Origin: a virus | Lineage: Duplodnaviria > Caudoviricetes | Virus record (IMG/VR): IMGVR_UViG_3300017722_005389 | Direction: 5' to 3' (one strand) | Length of the DNA stretch: 64,000 bases | Part shown: positions 26,683-36,431 of the stretch, piece after piece | Layout of the letters: the number at the start of each line of letters is the position of its first letter | How positions within the stretch are numbered: the stretch's first letter is position 1 | The notes under the pieces: generated by a model | What the model was told of the DNA's origin: nothing | Database searches by the model: none | What the model saw: the letters and a program-made list of their open reading frames with translations, nothing else | Translations under genes and position numbers: made by a program

Positions 26683-27297
26683 TTACCAGGAACTTGAGCT
26701 TGAAATGCCAAGTTGTTTTCGATATCTTGAAATATTACAGCTCCAGTACCCAGGCGTAGTTTTATCTTTCTTTTGATCGCATCTATGTCTTTTTCTAAAA
26801 CTTGTAGCTGCTTTTTTATTTGCATTTCTCACACGATAACCTTGTGCTCCAAAACGAACCTTTTTTATATTTCCTGAAGGAGATTTAACATAAACAGCGA
26901 ATTTTTTTCCACCTGAAGCTTGTCTGAATGGTTTATTAAGGCTTACTGTTTTTCCTTTATAAACTGCTTCTGTAATATTCCAATTGTAGCTTTCGTTTAA
27001 AGAGTGAGGATTGCAACCACATAAGGAAGGTTTTATTTTTTCAAATTCATGGTGCATTTCTTTATTCGTTGCTTGAATTATAAATTCACCAGCTTCATCT
27101 AAATCATCTGCAGCCGTTGCAATATGGTCAACTGCCCATTGGTGTCCTACAAGAGCTTGATCAATCTCCTCATTAGAAAGTTTTAAAAGTTCACTTGAAC
27201 GTTTATGAATCTTCTTCAGGTTATATTTTACCATATAGTTTTCAAATTCTTTCGAACTATATTGTTGCAATTGTTCTTCAGTAATTATAATTTTCAT
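26683..27297 (-). CDS. Putative head-associated virion protein
   Basis: MKIIITEEQ start, TATTTATA upstream; basic C-terminal domain KKFAVYV..KKVRFG..RHRC..GYWSC. Confidence 0.6.
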   Translation of the reverse strand: MKIIITEEQLQQYSSKEFENYMVKYNLKKIHKRSSELLKLSNEEIDQALVGHQWAVDHIATAADDLDEAGEFIIQATNKEMHHEFEKIKPSLCGCNPHSLNESYNWNITEAVYKGKTVSLNKPFRQASGGKKFAVYVKSPSGNIKKVRFGAQGYRVRNANKKAATSFRKRHRCDQKKDKTTPGYWSCNISRYRKQLGISSSSSW

Positions 27298-27355
27298 TTG
27301 AATATTTCTTATAAATATCTTGAAATATTATAAATTTATCTTTGATAGAAAGAAA

Positions 27356-27384
27356 AAAACCTCTGAAGAAATTCAGAGGCTTTT
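27356..27384. terminator. Terminator hairpin downstream of fibre gene A
   Basis: CCTCTGAA-GAAA-TTCAGAGG with A/T flanks. Confidence 0.75.
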
Positions 27385-27388
27385 GTTT

Positions 27389-27421
27389 TTAGTTAATCAT
27401 TTTCAGATTGTACTTTTCAAG
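27389..27421 (-). pseudogene. 3' remnant of a duplicate of the 30164..30409 gene
   Basis: Reads LEKYNLKMIN-stop versus LEKHNLKMIK-stop; 26 of 27 nt identical between 27395-27421 and 30170-30196. Confidence 0.75.
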
Positions 27422-27422
27422 T

Positions 27423-30095
27423 TTAAGCGGTTATTGAAACTGATTGTATACCTGTTCCATCAAAATACTGTAAATAATAATTAGTATCGCTACTTCTTAT
27501 TATTGTACAATTATAATCTGCATAAACATGAGTTGCTGATGAGAAGTTAGTTGCTGATATTGGGTATAGAATTTGATTATATTTGAAATTATCAACTATA
27601 GTATTATTCTGAAAATTATTACCAATAACATTATCATAACAGTACTCACCTATAGTATTTCCTGCAAAGCTATTACCAATTTTATTTCTTCTTAGAACAC
27701 TTCCACCATAACCAAAAGAATTTCCAATTGTATTATTTCCGAAATTATCACCAATTATATTATAAGCAAATTCTTCTCCAATATTATTATCGAGAAAATT
27801 ATTTTCAATTACATTGTTTCTAAATTCTGTTTCACTTTCATTTGAAACAAAGTCATGTCCAATATGGTTTTTGAAAAAATTACCTTCTGCAAGATTATTT
27901 TTAAAATTATTTCCAATAATATTATCAGAAAAATCATAACTTCCAATGAAATCGGAATTACCAATTATATTATTTTCAAAATAATCTAAAATGTGGTTGT
28001 CAGAAAATACATTATAGATTTCATTACCATTATACGCATTCCCGATATGATTACCATAGAACTCATCCCAAATCCAATTGTTATTAAAACCATTGCCTAT
28101 CCAATTTTTATAGAAATCATCATAAAGAGCAATATAATTATCATTAAAACCATTATTAATTACATTATTTTGAAAATCGTCAGTACCTGTAACATTATTT
28201 TCAAAGTTTTCTCCAATCTTATTTCTCCAAGTTTCACCATTTAATACGTTATCCGTGAAATATTCTCCAACTACATTTGCATAAAAACCTCTTCTTAAAG
28301 AATTTCTTTGGAAAGTACCACTGATTTGGTTTCTGTTGAACCAATTGTAAGTAGAGTTATTGAAACATCTGTCACCTAATTTATTAGAATAAGAATTGAA
28401 ACCAAATACATTGTTTGCAAGAAGGAAGTTACTATTACTTAAATTATCTTGAATGTAAAAAGTTGAGTAGTCTCCAATCCAATTATTAGTAGAAGTTACA
28501 TTGTCATTTAACTCTAATTCCTCTTGAGAACGGAAAGTAGTCATTTCTCGGTATACGTCATCAATAATATTGTTATTTTTATATTCGTAACTTCTATACT
28601 TAACTGAATAATCTGTATAGATAAAGTTAGCTCCATCATACATATCATCACCGCCATCATCAATAGTGTTTTCTCCATCATCATCTATATCTGCAACATC
28701 ATTGAATAGATAAATGTCAGGTACAAGTGCTGTTAATGTTGAATAGTTAGTATTAAGAGTTGTTAAGGTTACATTAATATTTTCACCTTCAACTAAATTA
28801 AGGTAAGCATCAACTAAAGCTTCAAAATCTGCATCCTCAAGTTTATCACCTGTTCCTCTTGAAGTAAGGAGGTAATGTATTTCAGTTACGCCTGTTGTTG
28901 CCAAGTTACTTATTTCATGATAGTCATCATCAGTTGAAGAATCATAAGTTTGTGAAATACCTGTACCATCACCATTTACAATAAATATTTGATTGATAGA
29001 GGGGTCATTTGCATCATACACTCTTTTAATAAAAGCAGTATAATCATTTCCATTTATATTTGTTGTGTACTGATTAATGTCTGCAGTTCCACGCCCATCT
29101 GCTCCAATATTACCATCAATTCGGAAGAAATCAATTTCGATATCTTTAGCAGCCATTACGAAAAGTCCTGCGTAGAGGTTTGTAAAATATTCTGAAGTAC
29201 CACTATTTCCGCAGAAATAATTTACACCACTTTTAACTTGCCCATCCATAATAAAATCTCCAATTAAAGCTTCTTCATTATAAACAACAGGAGGGTCAGT
29301 CATTTGAGTGTGAGTATAAGGAATCTGTGATTGTGAACCTTCAGTTTGTGAGGTTGCTTTATAATATCTTTCTCCGCTAAAACTCTTATTTTCAACAGAA
29401 GTTACTACCATATCAGTTGCTGAATTGATTGTTAAAACTTTGTACCAATATTTATCAACATAAATAACATCTCCTTCAATCAACTCATTTTCAAAGTCAG
29501 TGTCAATTCCTACTACAGTAATTTCATAACCTCCTGTTGTAGGAGTTGATACTGTTGTACTTGTAGTACCTGTTAAAGGATTATCAAAATTATGAAAATA
29601 AGTTTTATAACGTTTGAAAAGAATTGTTCTGTGGTCGTAATCTGTACGATTGTTCCACTCATCAATTCTTTCAGTAATTCTACCATAGGCATCACCACTT
29701 GTAGATTCAGTTGTATCAAAGAAAACATCATATTTGATTTTATCATTAGGATATTTAGGTTGATATGCATCAGGAGCAAGAGTGTTTTCTGATGTAGCCA
29801 TAACAATTATTGGCTCTATATCTGCTTCTTTATAAGTACCATTAGTACTATTTCCATTAGCATTATAATCAGGTTGGTCATAACAAGTTCTAAAATCTGT
29901 TATGATGTAATGTGAACCTGCAATTAAATATGAATTATCAATTAATTTTGTTAATGTTTCATAAGTAACTTCGATTGCATTTACAAATGCTTTTGCCGAA
30001 TTCAAAGTGAATTTTTGTGCTACATCGTTTGTCTGTGTGTAAAGTTCTTCAGCACCGTTTAAACTGGGTCTTAAAGGAAAATTGTTTGGTTTCAT
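27423..30095 (-). CDS. Tail fibre/spike-like protein, paralog A (890 aa)
   Basis: N.IG..F..N repeats (beta-helix-like); N- and C-termini shared with 30438..32342; TATTTATA upstream. Confidence 0.6.
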   Translation of the reverse strand: MKPNNFPLRPSLNGAEELYTQTNDVAQKFTLNSAKAFVNAIEVTYETLTKLIDNSYLIAGSHYIITDFRTCYDQPDYNANGNSTNGTYKEADIEPIIVMATSENTLAPDAYQPKYPNDKIKYDVFFDTTESTSGDAYGRITERIDEWNNRTDYDHRTILFKRYKTYFHNFDNPLTGTTSTTVSTPTTGGYEITVVGIDTDFENELIEGDVIYVDKYWYKVLTINSATDMVVTSVENKSFSGERYYKATSQTEGSQSQIPYTHTQMTDPPVVYNEEALIGDFIMDGQVKSGVNYFCGNSGTSEYFTNLYAGLFVMAAKDIEIDFFRIDGNIGADGRGTADINQYTTNINGNDYTAFIKRVYDANDPSINQIFIVNGDGTGISQTYDSSTDDDYHEISNLATTGVTEIHYLLTSRGTGDKLEDADFEALVDAYLNLVEGENINVTLTTLNTNYSTLTALVPDIYLFNDVADIDDDGENTIDDGGDDMYDGANFIYTDYSVKYRSYEYKNNNIIDDVYREMTTFRSQEELELNDNVTSTNNWIGDYSTFYIQDNLSNSNFLLANNVFGFNSYSNKLGDRCFNNSTYNWFNRNQISGTFQRNSLRRGFYANVVGEYFTDNVLNGETWRNKIGENFENNVTGTDDFQNNVINNGFNDNYIALYDDFYKNWIGNGFNNNWIWDEFYGNHIGNAYNGNEIYNVFSDNHILDYFENNIIGNSDFIGSYDFSDNIIGNNFKNNLAEGNFFKNHIGHDFVSNESETEFRNNVIENNFLDNNIGEEFAYNIIGDNFGNNTIGNSFGYGGSVLRRNKIGNSFAGNTIGEYCYDNVIGNNFQNNTIVDNFKYNQILYPISATNFSSATHVYADYNCTIIRSSDTNYYLQYFDGTGIQSVSITA

Positions 30096-30126
30096 ATTTT
30101 TTTTTATATAAATACTTGTTAAAATG

Positions 30127-30157
30127 AAAACCTCTGAATTTCTTCAGAGGTTTTTTT
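30127..30157 (-). terminator. Terminator after the small gene 30164..30409
   Basis: Same stem as the 27356 hairpin with a reverse-complemented loop (TTTC). Confidence 0.75.
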
Positions 30158-30163
30158 AAATTT

Positions 30164-30409
30164 TTATTTAATCATTTTCAGATTGTGCTTTTCAAGAAAG
30201 TCTTTAGGTTCAGAAATTTCCATAGTAGTAAATTCTCTTTTCGCCATAAGTTTATCAGCTTTCTTTTGGTCTACAACCATTGTACAGAAATAATGTGTTG
30301 CAGGTTTTTCACCTGATTGTGACAACTCAATTGTTAAAATTTTATTATTACCTTCTTTTTGTCTTGCTTCTTCAATGCGTGAAGCATCACATAAAATACA
30401 TATTCTCAT
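30164..30409 (-). CDS. Small protein after the fibre gene (possible fibre assembly factor)
   Basis: 81 aa; position directly after fibre paralog B; function inferred from position only. Confidence 0.5.
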   Translation of the reverse strand: MRICILCDASRIEEARQKEGNNKILTIELSQSGEKPATHYFCTMVVDQKKADKLMAKREFTTMEISEPKDFLEKHNLKMIK

Positions 30410-30437
30410 TTTATTAGATTTTTATTTTTATATTTGT

Positions 30438-32342
30438 TTAAGCATTTACTGAAACATATTGATATATAGTTCCATCAAAATATTCTAAGTAATCATTGTT
30501 ATCATTACCTCTTAATAATGTACAGTTATAACTTCCATAGACATGTGTTGCACCTGAAAAGTTTATTGAATTCATTACAGCAGTAACATTATTAAATTGG
30601 AAATCATCTACTATTATATTATTTATAAAATTATTAGTAATAACATTATCATAGAAATCTTGACCTATGGTATTACCTTGGAAATTATTTCCAATCTTAT
30701 TTCCTTTTCCACTTGCTCCGCCATAACCGAAATTATTTCCGATAGTATTATTATTAAATATATTAGCAATTTGATTATAACCAAAGTTTTCTCCTATGTT
30801 ATTAGAAAAAGTGTTATTTCCAATGACATTATAAGTAAAACTATCTTCAGTTTCATTAGAATAAAAATCATTACCAATTTGATTATATGTAAATTGTCCT
30901 AATGTTGAATTACCTTTAAAATTATTTCCAATTACGTTATCTTCAAAATAACCTGCACCAATATCTTCAATATCTCCAATGGTGTTATTATTAAAATCAT
31001 TAGAAATTTTATTATCATAAAAATTTTGATAAATTTCATTGTTATTGAAACCATTGCCAATAGTATTATCCTCAAAATTTCTAAAGATAGTATTATCATT
31101 AAAGTCTTCACCGATTTGATTACGTTCAAAATCAAATCCCCAATCACTATCTAACCAATTGTTGGTAAAATTGTTACCAATTTGGTTATATCTAAAATCA
31201 TCATTATTAATAACATTATTCTCAAAGAATTCACCAACATGATTATATTGAAAGTCTGTAGTAATTAAATTGTTAGCAAAAAAGTTACTGATAACATTTT
31301 CATCAAAATCATTATTAGTAATATTGTTATAACAATAATTTCCTATTGTATTATTGTTACAATCGTCATTAAATGTATTGTTATAAGAACCATTACCAAT
31401 TTTATTGTTGTTGTATTCCCCATCTTTGAAAACATTATTTGCAAGAAGAAAATCGCCTTCACCGTCTTCAATGTGTAAATTACTGTAATCTCCAATATAA
31501 TTATTTATTACGCCATCACCAATTGCATCACCGAATGTAGTATATAAATTAAAATCTGTTGGGTCATCAACATTACTTCTATAGTAACTGTCATAACTTC
31601 CTGCGTTAGTAGTATAAAATTCACCGCTTCCACCAAAAGAATTGATAGATAATCCACTTACAGTCATAACAGTGTCAGATGAAATAGAATCAATTCTAAA
31701 AAATCCTTCAATTGAATTAGGATATGCAATAACATCTCCTGTAGTAAGAGCTGTAAAAAACGTACCAACTCCGTTTACAGTTCCATCATTTAATAATTCC
31801 ATTGTACCTGTTTCAGGAGTTTCTCTACTGAAGTAGTAAAATCTGTATCTTTTAAATTCAATAGTTCTATGGTCATAATCTGTACGATTGTTCCACTCAT
31901 CGATTCTTTCAGTTATTCTTCCAAATGCAACATCTCCTGATTCAGTTGTAGAATAGTTGATATCATATTTTATTCTATCATTAGGATATTTCAGTTGATA
32001 TGCATCAATAGCAAATGTATTAAAACTTGTAGCCATTACTATTATTGGTTCAATAGCTGCTTGAATATATGTAGAACCTGAAACAATAATGCTGTTTTTA
32101 TTTTGGTCATAGTCGGGTCTATTGTAACATGTTCTAAAATTATTTATAATGTAATGTGAGCCTGCTATTAAAGCTTGACTTGGAATTAAATCATCTTTTA
32201 ATTTAGCATAAGTAACTTCAATTGCATTTGCATATTTTTTAGTTTCTTCTAAAGTAAACTTTTGAGATACGTTGGCTGTTTGCGTATAAAGTTCTTCAGA
32301 ACCATCTAAACTTGGTCTTGTTGGGAAATTATTTGGTTTCAT
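30438..32342 (-). CDS. Tail fibre/spike-like protein, paralog B (634 aa)
   Basis: MKPNNFP.RPSL, GRITERIDEWNNRTDYDHRTI, Asn-Gly repeats, ATHVY..YNCT..YFDGT. Confidence 0.6.
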   Translation of the reverse strand: MKPNNFPTRPSLDGSEELYTQTANVSQKFTLEETKKYANAIEVTYAKLKDDLIPSQALIAGSHYIINNFRTCYNRPDYDQNKNSIIVSGSTYIQAAIEPIIVMATSFNTFAIDAYQLKYPNDRIKYDINYSTTESGDVAFGRITERIDEWNNRTDYDHRTIEFKRYRFYYFSRETPETGTMELLNDGTVNGVGTFFTALTTGDVIAYPNSIEGFFRIDSISSDTVMTVSGLSINSFGGSGEFYTTNAGSYDSYYRSNVDDPTDFNLYTTFGDAIGDGVINNYIGDYSNLHIEDGEGDFLLANNVFKDGEYNNNKIGNGSYNNTFNDDCNNNTIGNYCYNNITNNDFDENVISNFFANNLITTDFQYNHVGEFFENNVINNDDFRYNQIGNNFTNNWLDSDWGFDFERNQIGEDFNDNTIFRNFEDNTIGNGFNNNEIYQNFYDNKISNDFNNNTIGDIEDIGAGYFEDNVIGNNFKGNSTLGQFTYNQIGNDFYSNETEDSFTYNVIGNNTFSNNIGENFGYNQIANIFNNNTIGNNFGYGGASGKGNKIGNNFQGNTIGQDFYDNVITNNFINNIIVDDFQFNNVTAVMNSINFSGATHVYGSYNCTLLRGNDNNDYLEYFDGTIYQYVSVNA

Positions 32343-32432
32343 TTGTTTTTTATATAAATATCATTGAACAAATGAAATATGAAAAACTTTCATAAGTAAA
32401 TTATTCTTTCTCATGAGTATTTATAATAAAAA

Positions 32433-33872
32433 ATGTATTGGAGAACCTATTTCGATAAGGATACTACAATTATAAAAGATTCCTCAATAAATCTTGGAAA
32501 AAATCCGATAGTTTCACTTTTTTATGGTGGAACATACGAAAGATCTACATATTCAAGATATATATTCCATTTTCCAGTTGATAAATTGAAAGAAATGTAC
32601 AATGACTGTATGCTTGGTGATTTGAGCCAGGTAAAACATAAAATTGTATTAAAACCTACAAGATATTTTGGAAATGGGCTTGATTTGACCACAGCTTGTC
32701 TTGCGACTTCATATGAACTTTGCCTTTTCAGAGTTAGACAAGATTGGGTTGAAGGATGTGGATATGATTTCGATTGTGCAGAACGATGTGATGGATTTGT
32801 CAGTCCTAATTGCAGCGGTGTTTCAGGGGAAGCCAATTGGTTTTATGCAGAACCTAATTCTCTTTGGGAAACTGAGGGGATTTATGATGCTTATTCTGCA
32901 GAAACAATGGTTATCACTGGGGATACATATTTCTCTGGGGAGCCAATTTATTTGGATTGTATTGATCAGGCGTGTGATGATTGTTTGTTTGAAGTTGATA
33001 TGACTTCTTTAGTAAATGCTCTTATCACTGGAGATACTCCTAATTATGGGTTTGGTTTAGCATTTCATAATAGCTATGAGATAAATCCCGAAGGAATCAC
33101 AAAATATATGGGATTTTACAGTTCACAAACGACAAATTTTTTCAAACCTTATTTAGAAACTGAATATTTGAACCCTGTTATAGATGATAGGGAAAATTTT
33201 TATACAGATAAAGAAAATTCTTTGTATCTTTATGTCAACATTAAGGGAGAAGCTGCTAATTTGGACGAAAATCCAATTGTAACGATATATAATGAGTTTG
33301 ATGATGTATTTGTTACCTTAACAGGAGAATGTGTCTCAAAAGGAATTTATATGGTTTCTTTTGAAGTTGATTCATTGCAAACTGATGTTAGCAATTGTGT
33401 TGTTTGGAGAGATGTTTGGTCAAATATAAAAATTAATGGTAGAACGCTTAGAGATGCTGAACAAGAGTTTCAAGTGAAGCCAAATGATGATTATTATCAG
33501 GTTGGTCTTGGAACAGGATCTCCAAAGAAATATGGGTTTAAATACAGAGGAATACAAAGAAATGAAGGAATTAGAAGAGGTGATGTCAGAAAAGTTGTAG
33601 TTGATGTTTATGAAGCATATCAACCTAACAAGAAGGTTGCTGTTGACAATATTTATTACAGGCTTTATGTGAAAGAAGGAATGGAAGAATTGGATATCAT
33701 TACCTGGACTCCTATGAATCTTGGAGCTTGTGAGAATTTTATTTATATTAATACTGAATGGATGCTTCCTCAAATATATTATTTGGATTTTAAATCTATA
33801 TCAAATATGGAGGAAAGAACATATCCTGAAGAAATCAAATTTTATATCTTAGATGATAATGTAAAATGTTAG
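32433..33872 (+). CDS. Cys-rich putative structural (tail/baseplate) protein
   Basis: 479 aa, beta-rich; TATTTATA at 32418. Confidence 0.55.
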   Translation: MYWRTYFDKDTTIIKDSSINLGKNPIVSLFYGGTYERSTYSRYIFHFPVDKLKEMYNDCMLGDLSQVKHKIVLKPTRYFGNGLDLTTACLATSYELCLFRVRQDWVEGCGYDFDCAERCDGFVSPNCSGVSGEANWFYAEPNSLWETEGIYDAYSAETMVITGDTYFSGEPIYLDCIDQACDDCLFEVDMTSLVNALITGDTPNYGFGLAFHNSYEINPEGITKYMGFYSSQTTNFFKPYLETEYLNPVIDDRENFYTDKENSLYLYVNIKGEAANLDENPIVTIYNEFDDVFVTLTGECVSKGIYMVSFEVDSLQTDVSNCVVWRDVWSNIKINGRTLRDAEQEFQVKPNDDYYQVGLGTGSPKKYGFKYRGIQRNEGIRRGDVRKVVVDVYEAYQPNKKVAVDNIYYRLYVKEGMEELDIITWTPMNLGACENFIYINTEWMLPQIYYLDFKSISNMEERTYPEEIKFYILDDNVKC

Positions 33873-34735
33873 AATTAGAGATTATAAAAAATCCTAACGC
33901 TGCACCTAATTCGGGTAAAACTTATGGTCAAGATGTTGAACCAAAAGGAACATATGTTATAAAGAATGAAGGATTTGTTCCTGAAGGGTGGCTTGAAGGT
34001 ACTGCAATGCTGAAGAATCCAAAATTTATAGATGTTGATAATAATAATCTTGTCAAATGGAAATATGAACTTGCTGAAGAAATGAAAGCCAGGGGTAAAA
34101 AGTTGACTGAAAAGCTAATGAAAAAAGGCTATGATGCAATTATAACCAAATATTCAGGAAACGATTATGGAGAAATAATATTGTTCCCAAACGCAAATTT
34201 TATTTTAAATAAAAAAGAAATGAAAGAAAGTAAAATAAACTCTTTATTTGAAACTTATAAAAAAGTTATTAAAGAGATTTATAATGTTCCAACTGAAATT
34301 AAATTATCTGATGAAGAAAGACAATTCATAAAAAATATTAAATGGAGTGATTTGATTATTGAACAAGAAAATACTGAATCGCCTATCAATTTTTATATTT
34401 CAATAAACGGTATGGAAGATTTAGGTGTGGATGAAGGAATAAAAGTTTCTTTTCAGATAATAGGTGATTTATTATATCAAATACACATTTTTCTTGCAAA
34501 AAGTTTACAAGGCTTAGGATTGGGATATAAAATTTATAAAGCTATGGTTTATGAATTTGGGCATGTTTATTCGGGTAAAGGTAGACAGCAGAATACAGAA
34601 GAAGTCCCTAGAATTTGGCAAAAACTTTCATCAGAAAAGGATTTTATATGTAAAAGTGGTAAAATTGGAACAGTCTGCATATTAAACTCAAACCCAGATA
34701 AAGATGAATTATTAAAACTTTTTAAAAAGAAATGA
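33866..34735 (+). CDS. Two-domain protein: ADP-ribosyltransferase-like fragment plus GNAT-like domain
   Basis: KGYDAII...GEIILF motif; SLQGLGLGYKIY resembles GNAT motif A; x-x-E-rich linker. Confidence 0.45.
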   Translation: MLELEIIKNPNAAPNSGKTYGQDVEPKGTYVIKNEGFVPEGWLEGTAMLKNPKFIDVDNNNLVKWKYELAEEMKARGKKLTEKLMKKGYDAIITKYSGNDYGEIILFPNANFILNKKEMKESKINSLFETYKKVIKEIYNVPTEIKLSDEERQFIKNIKWSDLIIEQENTESPINFYISINGMEDLGVDEGIKVSFQIIGDLLYQIHIFLAKSLQGLGLGYKIYKAMVYEFGHVYSGKGRQQNTEEVPRIWQKLSSEKDFICKSGKIGTVCILNSNPDKDELLKLFKKK

Positions 34736-34738
34736 ATT

Positions 34739-36034
34739 TTAACTCAATCTAATATTTTTATTCAAAATACTATCCAAATCAAAATCTCTTAAATCTTGAA
34801 CCAATTTATCTGGATCTGTTGGCAGACCTGGATATGGGTGAACATGGCTAATAATTACAAATCTCATCAAATCTAATAATTTATAAACAACATCCCCATT
34901 AACCAGAGGGCTTGCTTTAGTGTTTATTTCAATTTGAGAATCTTTTGTTATATTTTCACTTCTATCTGTTAAAGCAAAATTTTTATTGTTCTTATGAGAA
35001 ATCAAATTTATTTTATCTGCGACAATATTAACTACACTTCCACCAAATTGGTCTAAATTGTTTTGCTCACGAATTTCAACTTCTTTATTTATATAAGTTT
35101 TATAGCCTGGATAAAATATTTCAGATGTAGTATTGTCTGCGTTATTAACAACTATTATTTGATATTTTGGATATTTATCTTTTAAATCAGTTAAATAATC
35201 ATTCAACGCATTTAACGCAAATTGTAGTGTTGAATAGGCTTCTTTAATATTTTCTATTTCAAGATTATCTCTAAATTGATTAACAGTGATTTCTAAAGAA
35301 AATTTATTACTAATTACGGCATTAATAACATGGTCTTGAGGGTTAATAATTTCTTCAGTAATTACTTTCTTTTTAATTTCATTCCCTGCATTATTAACAC
35401 CATGTCTTAATTGAACATATGCTGGATCCTTTTCATTGAATTGGGTTGTATCATTCTTAAGATGTCTTCCAGCTCTCATAAGAACTTCACCATTTTTCAT
35501 AAGAATATCCGTATTTCTTCTTCCTATAACACCGATTTCATTCTTTTGCGCAAATGCCCCTTTAGCTTTCGTTATTCTTTTTATTGGATTTTCTAATAAA
35601 GACTTTCCATCGGATTCTGCAGCATCTGCAGTATCATCATATCCATCAAAATCTATTTTTTGAGGTTGAGAAATTGAAACTGAAAGATAATATCTTTTTT
35701 CTTGTTGACCTTCTTTTATTGTATCATGGTATCTATCCATAAACACCATTACTCTTTCACCGATTTGTGGTACATAGTGAAAGAATGGTGGTAAGATTGG
35801 ATAACAAGTTGGCAAATTTTTAACTAAGGTGTCTGTGATATTGCCTTCTTTTTTTCGAATGTTTTTATCTCCCAAAGAAAATTTTTCTTGGTCTCCTAAC
35901 CAAGAATCAATCTCTGGAACAAACACTTTTATTCTTCGGGATTCAAAATCATCGTCAATGCTGACAACTTTCCCCCAGAAGAAAAATTTGTTTGTATGTT
36001 TGTGACCCTGTAAATTATCAAATTGATGTATCAT
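34739..36034 (-). CDS. Baseplate hub/spike protein (gp5/VgrG-like OB fold)
   Basis: FWGKVVSIDD..RRIKV...P....PQIGERVMV; C-terminal HVH tip motif. Confidence 0.65.
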   Translation of the reverse strand: MIHQFDNLQGHKHTNKFFFWGKVVSIDDDFESRRIKVFVPEIDSWLGDQEKFSLGDKNIRKKEGNITDTLVKNLPTCYPILPPFFHYVPQIGERVMVFMDRYHDTIKEGQQEKRYYLSVSISQPQKIDFDGYDDTADAAESDGKSLLENPIKRITKAKGAFAQKNEIGVIGRRNTDILMKNGEVLMRAGRHLKNDTTQFNEKDPAYVQLRHGVNNAGNEIKKKVITEEIINPQDHVINAVISNKFSLEITVNQFRDNLEIENIKEAYSTLQFALNALNDYLTDLKDKYPKYQIIVVNNADNTTSEIFYPGYKTYINKEVEIREQNNLDQFGGSVVNIVADKINLISHKNNKNFALTDRSENITKDSQIEINTKASPLVNGDVVYKLLDLMRFVIISHVHPYPGLPTDPDKLVQDLRDFDLDSILNKNIRLS

Positions 36035-36429
36035 GATATTATTGCTGTTCCTATACTAATTCCTACTGTTGATCCAGCCACTGCAACAGGTCCTGCAGGA
36101 CTTGCCCCAGTTGCAGCTATAGCTGTACCAGGTGGAATAACAATAGAAAATTTTGCATTTTCCAATAAATGTTTCATAATAACTTCCATCCTGATTCTTT
36201 CCATTTTTTCAGCAATATTTTCCTGACCCGAAGGTAAATTCCCAATAGGTACACCTGCTTCTTGCTGTCTTAAGATGACTTCTTTAGCCATGTCTTTTGC
36301 AGATAACCCTGGCTTTAAAAATCCACCTTTAAGTATTAATGCTGGATCCACAGGGATTGCAGGTATTTTTGCAGAATTAATAACTGCTAAAACTATGTTT
36401 ACTATTGTTTCTAAAGTATATTCTTCCAT
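36031..36429 (-). CDS. Putative baseplate-associated small protein
   Basis: 132 aa; coupled to the gp5-like gene; ATGASPAGPV beta-rich end. Confidence 0.5.
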   Translation of the reverse strand: MEEYTLETIVNIVLAVINSAKIPAIPVDPALILKGGFLKPGLSAKDMAKEVILRQQEAGVPIGNLPSGQENIAEKMERIRMEVIMKHLLENAKFSIVIPPGTAIAATGASPAGPVAVAGSTVGISIGTAIIS

Positions 36430-36431
36430 AT

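Noticed and set aside
27423-32342. Diversity-generating retroelement or invertible tail-fibre switch
   Set aside because: No reverse transcriptase or invertase in the window. Both genes have the same orientation, and differences are not limited to adenines.
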